In this document: positions 39,357-46,471 of the stretch, in pieces | Layout of the letters: each line of letters starts with the position of its first letter | Numbering within the stretch: position 1 is the stretch's first letter | NCBI GenBank assembly: GCA_020637395.1 | Contig: JACJWA010000001.1 | Span: 1,711,228 to 1,775,227 of the forward strand | Source: Calditrichota bacterium | Lineage (GTDB): Bacteria; Electryoneota; RPQS01 | Direction of reading: 5' to 3' | DNA length: 64,000 nt | Made by a program: the position numbers and the translations under genes | The notes under the pieces: model-generated | Databases searched by the model: none | Told to the model about the DNA's origin: nothing | What the model saw: the letters and a program-made list of their open reading frames with translations, nothing else

Positions 39357-40604
39357 TCAGCCCAGCTTACCTATCTCCATAATATCCGAGTTTTGATCCG
39401 AAAAATCAAGGGTATAGGTCTGAGAAAGCCGGTACCGGCGGGCCTGTTTGTCGCCCGCGCTTTCCAAGATTCCGGCTTCCGAAAGCGCGGGGAACTTGGT
39501 TCGTGCGGATGAAGCCGAGATCCCCAGCTTCTCCGCTATCGAAGGAGTTGAAGACCACTCCCCGCCTTCCGCCCCGAGAGCTTGGACCAGAGCCGATTCC
39601 TGCACACCCAGGCTCTGCGCGACTGCTTCCTGCAATTCCTCGTGCCTCACAGTGTGGACGCGAGCCGCCGCTGGAGTTTCTTTGAGCAATACTGGAAAAT
39701 CCTGCGCTTCAAGGCTTTCTTTCGAAGTGCGAATGAAGGCGTGTTCAAGAACTTGTCTGAGTTGCCGAATATTCCCCGGCCAAGGAAAAGCCCGAACCAG
39801 GTGTTCGGCCTCGGGCGACAGTTTGCGCGCGTGAGCCCGGACATATTCAATACGCAGGACATTCAAGATGTGTCCCGCAATTAGCAGCACGTCGTCTTCA
39901 CGTTCTCGCAGCGGCGGAAGCTTAAGCTCCGCCACGACGAGCCTGTAATACAAATCCTCGCGAAACGCTCCTTCAGCCACAAGCTTTTCAAGATTGCGAT
40001 GCGTCGCGCAAATCACACGGACATTGACCCGCTGCGGAGTTACCTTGCCGACTTTCTGAATCTCACCGTGGTCAAGCATTCAGAGCAGCGCCACCTGCGC
40101 GACCATCGGAAGATCCGCTACCTCATCGAGAAACAGAGTTCCGCCGTCCGCCGCCTGCACCTTGCCCTGCCGCCCGCGTGGATCCGCGCCGGTGAAGGAA
40201 TGCTGCTCGTGCCCAAAGAGTTCGGACTGCGCCAGTTGCGGAGAGAGCGCCCCACAGTTGCACGCGACAAACGGCTTGCGGCTGCGATGCGAATTCTGAA
40301 AGATCAACTGCGCGATCAGATCTTTTCCCGTGCCCGTTTCTCCGGTGATCAAGACTCGCGCGTTGGTCTCCGCAATGAGCAGCGCATTGCGAATCACCTC
40401 ATGCAGCGCACGCGATCTCCCGATCAGACCGACTCGCTGCGCCGCGTGCTCAACCAACACATTGGGCGAGTCGGGAAGGTCGCGATAGTCTTCCAGTCCG
40501 GGAAGTCCTGCGGGAAAGACCTTGCCCAAGAGATTTCTTTCGGAACCGCTGTCGGAGAGCTTCAGCTTGCCATTCTTACCCGTCAAGGCGAGCATGGCGT
40601 CCAC
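39357..40604 (-). pseudogene. sigma54-dependent AAA+ transcriptional activator (bEBP) interrupted by one in-frame TGA at 40080-40082
   Basis: The two track ORFs are contiguous and in the same frame. The upstream half carries GETGTGKD (Walker A), HSFTGA and LFLDEV (Walker B). The downstream half carries RVICAT, FREDLYYRL and WPGNIRQL. The stop replaces the Arg of the conserved LLR(V/M)L motif. Start is GTG. Confidence 0.7.
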
Positions 40605-40705
40605 TTCGCGCTCGATTCCCGTCAGCCGCTTCGGGCAAGACCTCAGACTTACGGGCCTGATGAGCCGCGATCCGCACCAACCGATTCCGGATCTCCTGTT
40701 TCAGT

Positions 40706-42433
40706 TCAACCGGCATCTGCGACCTCAAGCGGAATGACCGCGAACTTTTCGACATCCACCAAGCCGTGATCCGTCAGTTTCAGGCTGGGAATTACGGGAA
40801 GCGCCAAGAACGAAAGCGCCATGAATGGAGAGGATAGCTTGCAACCCAAATCGTGAGCGGCAGCGTGAAGCTTCTCAAGCTTCGGAGTAATCTCAGCTGC
40901 GGATTGGTCGGACATCAGCCCGGCAACCGGCAACGCCAGAGACGCAAGTACGCGGCCATCGCGCACAACCACCCACCCGCCTTGCAGGTCCTGCAATGTT
41001 TTTGCGGCCAACAGCATGTCCTGATCGTTCATGCCCACGCAAGTCACATTGTGAGAATCATGACCCACTGTGGACGCCAGCGCACCGCCAGTCAATCCGA
41101 AGCCGCGCACAAAGGCCTTGCCAATCCTTCCGCCCTTGCCGTGCCGCTCAACCACCACGAGCTTTGCAATGTCCTGTGCCGGATCGGCATGCAGTACTCC
41201 GTCTCGCACCGGAAGCGTCGCTTGCGAGCGTCCCGTCACGATTTGATCCGGTATCGCATCAATGATATTCACCTTTGCAGTCTTGGCTCTCACCTCAAGG
41301 CTTTCATTGCCAAGCTCAGGGAGCTTCACTGTATTCATGACGGTGCTTGTGTCCGCCGGCGGGATATCCTTCAAGAGCTTTCCTTCTCGGGCGACTTCCT
41401 GCCCACGATGAAACACCTGCAGCGCGCGAAAATCTTTCAAATCCTCAAGCACGACAAGATCCGCGAATCGTCCGGGCGTGATCGCTCCGGTTTCCTTCAC
41501 TCCGAAAATTCGAGCGGTGTGCGTGCTGGCCATGGCCACAGCAAGCACCGGATCAAGTCCCAGTCCCACCGCCATCTTCAACGTCGCGTTCAGATGTCCG
41601 TCAAGCAAAATCTCGTCGGCGTGACGGTCGTCCGACACAAACGCGAAGTGATGCGCGGTCTCAGGTTTGACCAGCGGAAGCAGAGCTTGCATGTTCTTGG
41701 CCGTAGAGCCTTCGCGAATGAACACGGCCATGCCGCGCCTGAGCTTCTCGCGCGCTTCCTCGAGCTGAGTGCTCTCGTGATCCGTTCCGATCCCCGCCGC
41801 GGCATAGGCATTCAGCCACTTGCCGCGCACTCCCGGAGCATGACCGTCCACAGGACGCCCCTCGCCAAGAGCTACCTTGCGCAACACCTCTTCCATTCCC
41901 AGAATCACCCCGGGGAAATTCATCACTTCCGCGATGCCGAGCACGCGAGGATGCGACAGAAACGGAGCCATGTCTTCTGCCTTTAAGACCGCTCCCGCCG
42001 TCTCCATATGCGTTGCAGGTACGCACGAAGGGATCATCACCCACACCTGAAGCGGAAGCCCCTCCGAGCTCTCAAGCATGAATTGAATGCCGTTGGTTCC
42101 CAGAACATTGGCAATCTCGTGCGGATCGCAAAACACGCCGCCCGTCCCGCAGGGCACCACCGCGCGCGCAAATTCCGGCGGAGTCAGAAGCGAGGATTCG
42201 ATATGAATGTGGCCGTCGAGAAATGCGGGGGCGAGGTATCTTCCGCGCAAGTCCAGAGTTTCGCGCGCTTCATAGTCTCCGATACCGGCAATGCGGCCCT
42301 CGAAAATTGCAACGCCCGCCTCTTCAATCTCGTAGGAAATCGTATTGATCAGGCGGGCGTTTCGAAGAAGCAAGTCAGCTGGGCGGTCGCCGCGCGCGGC
42401 TTCCAACAGGCGTTGAGTTGCGATTAGGTTCAA
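40706..42433 (-). CDS. ade: Adenine deaminase
   Basis: APAFLDGHIHIESS, and amidohydrolase length and architecture (575 aa). Confidence 0.9.
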   Translation of the reverse strand: MNLIATQRLLEAARGDRPADLLLRNARLINTISYEIEEAGVAIFEGRIAGIGDYEARETLDLRGRYLAPAFLDGHIHIESSLLTPPEFARAVVPCGTGGVFCDPHEIANVLGTNGIQFMLESSEGLPLQVWVMIPSCVPATHMETAGAVLKAEDMAPFLSHPRVLGIAEVMNFPGVILGMEEVLRKVALGEGRPVDGHAPGVRGKWLNAYAAAGIGTDHESTQLEEAREKLRRGMAVFIREGSTAKNMQALLPLVKPETAHHFAFVSDDRHADEILLDGHLNATLKMAVGLGLDPVLAVAMASTHTARIFGVKETGAITPGRFADLVVLEDLKDFRALQVFHRGQEVAREGKLLKDIPPADTSTVMNTVKLPELGNESLEVRAKTAKVNIIDAIPDQIVTGRSQATLPVRDGVLHADPAQDIAKLVVVERHGKGGRIGKAFVRGFGLTGGALASTVGHDSHNVTCVGMNDQDMLLAAKTLQDLQGGWVVVRDGRVLASLALPVAGLMSDQSAAEITPKLEKLHAAAHDLGCKLSSPFMALSFLALPVIPSLKLTDHGLVDVEKFAVIPLEVADAG

Positions 42434-42448
42434 GCAGTTGCCTCGGGT

Positions 42449-43333
42449 TTAGAACAGCACAATCTTTTGGCGCATACCCTTCGTGCGCAAATGATGCGAA
42501 AGCGAATCAATCTCCGTCAGAGATTCTTGCAGCTTAATATACAAATCGTCCTGCGTAAAGAGTTTTCCCACTGTGCCCTCGCCGGCATTGATCCGGCCAA
42601 TCAGCACGCGAACTTGTTCCCCCGCCGCCGTCAGCGACGCCATGGCTGAATCCACGCCCGCGAGTGTGCTGTCCGAACGGCCATTCAGCTTCTCACTCAA
42701 TTCGCGCGCCGAGGCGAGCGTCGCCCGCAAATCCTCCAGCGACGCTTCCAGCACCTTGCGATTTTCCCGAAGCAGTTCATTGCTCTGCTCCGTCACTCCC
42801 GCTGCGTTGGACATCACACTTTTCAAACTCGCTTGATTGCCAGTGTCCCCCAAGACGACGTGCACATCCACAAGCACTGAATCCAGCCGCGACAGAGTGC
42901 TTTCCAATCGCGCAGAAAAATCCTGCAGCTTGCCGATCATGGCACCGACCCCTTGCGGATCCGTGCCGTTCAGCGGCACGGAGATATTGGCAAAGGGTGG
43001 AGTTGTCCCGGTGTAAATCGAAAGTGCTTGCCCCGCCATGACCGTTGGCGACTCGATGGTCGCGAAATAGTCGGAGTAGATCTTTACTTCGTCATCGAGA
43101 TCGGCAGTAACTCGCACGAACCCGTCGCGAAACTCGATATCCTTCACCCGGCCTTTGATCACGCCGTTGGCCATGACATTGGCGCCCTTTTCCAGTCCTC
43201 CCGCATTCTTGAAGTCCACGGAGAACACGTAGCGCGAGGCGCGCAACTGGTAGCCCTTGCCCCAGATGATGCCACTGATCAAGATGATCAGCGAGGCAAG
43301 CAGTGCGGCACCAACTCGAATTTCCTGTTTCAT
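42449..43333 (-). CDS. MCE/MlaD-family protein with a long C-terminal helical region; no mlaE or mlaF is adjacent
   Basis: N-terminal TM helix followed by an MCE fold pattern (FKNAGGLEKGANVMANGVIKGRVKDIEF). The ATG at 43333 (MKQEIRVG) is preferred. Confidence 0.8.
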   Translation of the reverse strand: MKQEIRVGAALLASLIILISGIIWGKGYQLRASRYVFSVDFKNAGGLEKGANVMANGVIKGRVKDIEFRDGFVRVTADLDDEVKIYSDYFATIESPTVMAGQALSIYTGTTPPFANISVPLNGTDPQGVGAMIGKLQDFSARLESTLSRLDSVLVDVHVVLGDTGNQASLKSVMSNAAGVTEQSNELLRENRKVLEASLEDLRATLASARELSEKLNGRSDSTLAGVDSAMASLTAAGEQVRVLIGRINAGEGTVGKLFTQDDLYIKLQESLTEIDSLSHHLRTKGMRQKIVLF

Positions 43334-43337
43334 TTCC

Positions 43338-43835
43338 TTATCCGCGATATGCCACCGGAGCGGTGGACGGAAGATCCTGACACGAGATGCGCACGCCGCG
43401 ACGAACCATTTCGTCCAGCGCCATGCGATCCCAATTGGAGAGAAAAACATAGGGAACCAGCTCGTCCGACCCTTCACGGAAGTGCAGTCCGCCTATGTGG
43501 AGTTTCTTTAATGCGACGCCCTTGTGCAGCAGCTTGAGCGCATCACCCGGGCTCTCAATAACCAACATGGACTTTGCTTCAACATACTCGCCGCCCGTCA
43601 ATGCAGTTGCCGCGTCGTCCATGGACACTATCTCGACGCGGATCTCGTCGGACACACCGGCCTTCAGTGCCGCCGCCATGCCGCGATCCGCAGCCACGCG
43701 ATCGTTGGCCAGCACCAACAGTTCAAGCCCGAGCGTGTTTGCCCAGCCCACAACCACCTGCCCATGCAGCAGACGGTCGTCCACACGGATAATCGGAAAG
43801 TCGCTCTTTTTGCGATTCCAGGGAAGTGTGATCAT
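43338..43835 (-). CDS. PTS EIIB component, mannose/sorbose family
   Basis: IRVDDRLLHGQVVVGW, which contains the phospho-His motif. Confidence 0.85.
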   Translation of the reverse strand: MITLPWNRKKSDFPIIRVDDRLLHGQVVVGWANTLGLELLVLANDRVAADRGMAAALKAGVSDEIRVEIVSMDDAATALTGGEYVEAKSMLVIESPGDALKLLHKGVALKKLHIGGLHFREGSDELVPYVFLSNWDRMALDEMVRRGVRISCQDLPSTAPVAYRG

Positions 43836-44209
43836 GCAGGAAGGCGAGACTGAATTCCGCGCACGGCATCGCGCTCGACTGTCTCGGCAAGTTCTAAGAG
43901 GGAGAGTTTGTTGCGCTTCGTGAAGAAAGAGAGAAGCATCGGGAGATTCACACCCGAAACGATAGAGGCTTTGCCCGGCAAGTTATTCAGACTGCAACAG
44001 GCCATAAACGGAGACCCGCCGCACAGATCCACCATGATTAATGTCGGATCCTCCGTGATCACCTCCAGTACTCGCGACTGAATCTGATCGAGCGAGAGCC
44101 CGCTGTTCGAGATGATTTCCACTCCCTCCTGCGGACCCAAAACGGATGCCGCGGCATCATAGAGGGATTGGCCTAGCGTTCCGTGCGTGACCAGAATGAC
44201 GCGAGTCAT
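43832..44209 (-). CDS. PTS EIIA component, mannose/fructose family
   Basis: VILVTHGTLGQSL (the active-site His), about 125 aa. Confidence 0.82.
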   Translation of the reverse strand: MTRVILVTHGTLGQSLYDAAASVLGPQEGVEIISNSGLSLDQIQSRVLEVITEDPTLIMVDLCGGSPFMACCSLNNLPGKASIVSGVNLPMLLSFFTKRNKLSLLELAETVERDAVRGIQSRLPA

Positions 44210-44214
44210 GTCGG

Positions 44215-45186
44215 TTACTCGAAGTCTTTTTCCAGATAGGACTGAAGGCGTGACTGGTTGTCCATGACCTCCGTCAGAGCGCGGCTGAACTCGCGCGCGG
44301 GATGGAATCCATAGACCTTCAGATGAAGATTCAACGCGATAGCTTCCGCGATCACGGTGATGTTCTTCCCGGGATAGATCGGCAGCACCACGTGCGGTAT
44401 CTTGACGCCAAGATACTCTTTGTGATTCTCGTCCAAGCCGGTGCGGTCATAGTTCATGTCGGAACGCCACTCCACCAGCTCGACTTCGGTCTCCACGCGC
44501 TTCTGCTGGCGCACGGCGCGCACTCCGAACATCGCCGCAACGTCAATGATCCCGACTCCGCGAATCTCCATGTAGTGCTTCAGAAACTCGCGGCCATGTC
44601 CCATCAGCACGTTCTCCGCCGTGCGTGTGAGGGTGACAATGTCGTCCGACACCAACCGGTGACCGCGCTCCACTAGATCCAGCGCAACTTCGGACTTGCC
44701 GATTCCGCTGCGCCCCGTGAAGATCAATCCCGTGCCGTACACATCCACGAGCGAGGCATGGATTGCCATGGACGGAGCGAACTTCTGATCCAGATAGTCC
44801 GAAAGCAAATGAGTCGCTTCGGTGGTCGTCAGCGGCGACGTGAAGACCGCGATCCCCACCGCATCAGCTGCCGCCGCGAGATCGGCAAGCACCGGATTCT
44901 CGTTCGTGATAATCAGACAGGGAATCTCAAACTCAAAGAACCGCGACAGAGACTTCTTGAGATCTTCCGCCGACAGCGAGTGCAGGTACTTCATCTCGGT
45001 GTTGCCAAGAATCTGCACGCGATCGAACGTAAACAACTCGATGAACCCCGCCAGAGCGAGGCCGGGTCTGTGGATTTCTTTCTGCCCTATCTCACGCGTC
45101 AGCCCTCGCGGACTGTTGCGAAGCTTGAGCTTCAGCCTATCCTGATTGTCCTGATAAAAGACGCTGACTTGCAGCAGCTCGGACAT
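44215..45186 (-). CDS. hprK: HPr kinase/phosphorylase
   Basis: GRSGIGKSEVALDLVERGHRLVSDD, and MEIRGVGIIDV. Confidence 0.93.
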   Translation of the reverse strand: MSELLQVSVFYQDNQDRLKLKLRNSPRGLTREIGQKEIHRPGLALAGFIELFTFDRVQILGNTEMKYLHSLSAEDLKKSLSRFFEFEIPCLIITNENPVLADLAAAADAVGIAVFTSPLTTTEATHLLSDYLDQKFAPSMAIHASLVDVYGTGLIFTGRSGIGKSEVALDLVERGHRLVSDDIVTLTRTAENVLMGHGREFLKHYMEIRGVGIIDVAAMFGVRAVRQQKRVETEVELVEWRSDMNYDRTGLDENHKEYLGVKIPHVVLPIYPGKNITVIAEAIALNLHLKVYGFHPAREFSRALTEVMDNQSRLQSYLEKDFE

Positions 45187-45200
45187 GGTTTATTCACCGC

Positions 45201-45491
45201 TTAGTGGCGAGTTTGAAGTTTCTTCTTATGCTTCTTGATCTGCGCCTCAAGCTTGTCCACCGCAAGCACCGTGGACTTGCGGAAGTCCTCCGAGATGGCT
45301 GAGGCGATCAGGACCGTGCCGTCCACACTGACGTGAATATTGGTTCTCTTCTCTTGCTTGTTGAACGTGAACTCGATTTCGCAATTCAAAATGTCGTCTG
45401 AAAATTTGAGCAGCCGCTGAATCTCTTCTTCGGCAAACTCTCTTAAGCTATCCGTCGCATTGAAATGAACTGCGGTAATCTGCGTTCTCAT
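45201..45491 (-). CDS. hpf: Ribosome hibernation promoting factor (short HPF/RaiA type)
   Basis: ITAVHFNATDSLREFAEEEIQRL..., 96 aa. Confidence 0.85.
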   Translation of the reverse strand: MRTQITAVHFNATDSLREFAEEEIQRLLKFSDDILNCEIEFTFNKQEKRTNIHVSVDGTVLIASAISEDFRKSTVLAVDKLEAQIKKHKKKLQTRH

Positions 45492-46471
45492 TGGTTCGTC
45501 CTTTGGGGGGACTTGGCCCCGCCGTTTGCATCCTGAGAATTGGGCTCGTCGGCGTGCGGATGGGCCTGCTGATAGGCCTCTTTCAGCCGCCGGGCCGTCA
45601 CGTGCGTATACCGTTCGGTGGTCCGAACTGATTCATGCCCGAGCAATTCCTGTACCGCGCGCAGGTCCGCACCGCGCGCAAGTAAGTGCGTGGCAAAACT
45701 ATGTCTTAGCTTGTGTGGACTGGCCCCGGGCAACAGGCTCCCGAGGCGAGCTTTGATGAGCTTGAACGCCCGGAATCGGGTCAGTGGCTTTCCGCGATCC
45801 GATAGCCACAGCGGCCCGTTGACGCTGTCCGGGAATTCTTGCTCGCGGGCCGACAAATACTCTCTCAGCGCGACGAGCGAAGCCCGCGACATCGGCACCA
45901 CTCGCTCCTTGTTTCCCTTTCCCAACACCCGCGCCGTGCCGCGCTTCAAATCAACATCTGCGAGCGTCAGGCTCAGAATCTCTGATATGCGAAACCCTCC
46001 GCCATACAGCACTTCAAGCAGCGCCCTGTCGCGCACTTCCGGCCAGTGAGTACCAAGTTTGTCCAAAGCGTCCGACAGCGCCGTCTCGGAGAAGACTTGC
46101 GGCAGCGGTTTCTTGACGCGTGGAGGCTCAAGCAGTTTGACAGGATTCTGCTCGATCTTTCCCTGTCGCCATAAGAACTTCGAAAAGTCGCTCAAGACGG
46201 CGCGCTTCCGCTGCAGCGTGGACGCGGAAAGATCCTGTTCCGCCCAACGATACATCACATCTCGCAACGCATCGTAGGTCCAGTCCGAGATCTCTATCGG
46301 ACTTCCAAAGTGATCTCCCAACAGACTCAGCGCCTGCTGAAGATCACTGCGGTACGCCGCCTGCGTGTGCGCTGAGCGCCTGCGCCGGCCAAGGTCCTGA
46401 AAGTACTCCTCGACCAGAGCCGAGAATTCTACGGCTTGGACGCGGGTTCGATCTCGATCTTGTGTTTGCAC
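45488..46471 (-). CDS. Tyrosine recombinase XerC/XerD-like; start uncertain
   Basis: LRHSFATHLLARGADLRAVQELLGHESVRTTERYTHV. The track start at 46567 lies deep inside topA. The nearest alternative starts are GTG at 46480 and 46471, which still overlap topA by more than 40 nt. Confidence 0.85.
   Translation of the reverse strand: MQTQDRDRTRVQAVEFSALVEEYFQDLGRRRRSAHTQAAYRSDLQQALSLLGDHFGSPIEISDWTYDALRDVMYRWAEQDLSASTLQRKRAVLSDFSKFLWRQGKIEQNPVKLLEPPRVKKPLPQVFSETALSDALDKLGTHWPEVRDRALLEVLYGGGFRISEILSLTLADVDLKRGTARVLGKGNKERVVPMSRASLVALREYLSAREQEFPDSVNGPLWLSDRGKPLTRFRAFKLIKARLGSLLPGASPHKLRHSFATHLLARGADLRAVQELLGHESVRTTERYTHVTARRLKEAYQQAHPHADEPNSQDANGGAKSPQRTNQ

Noticed and set aside
40080-40082. The in-frame TGA of the sigma54 activator read as selenocysteine or as evidence of an alternative genetic code.
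   Set aside because: TGA terminates many well-supported genes in the window. The interrupted position is a conserved Arg, consistent with a CGA to TGA change, and not a Cys/Sec site. No obvious stem-loop follows the codon.
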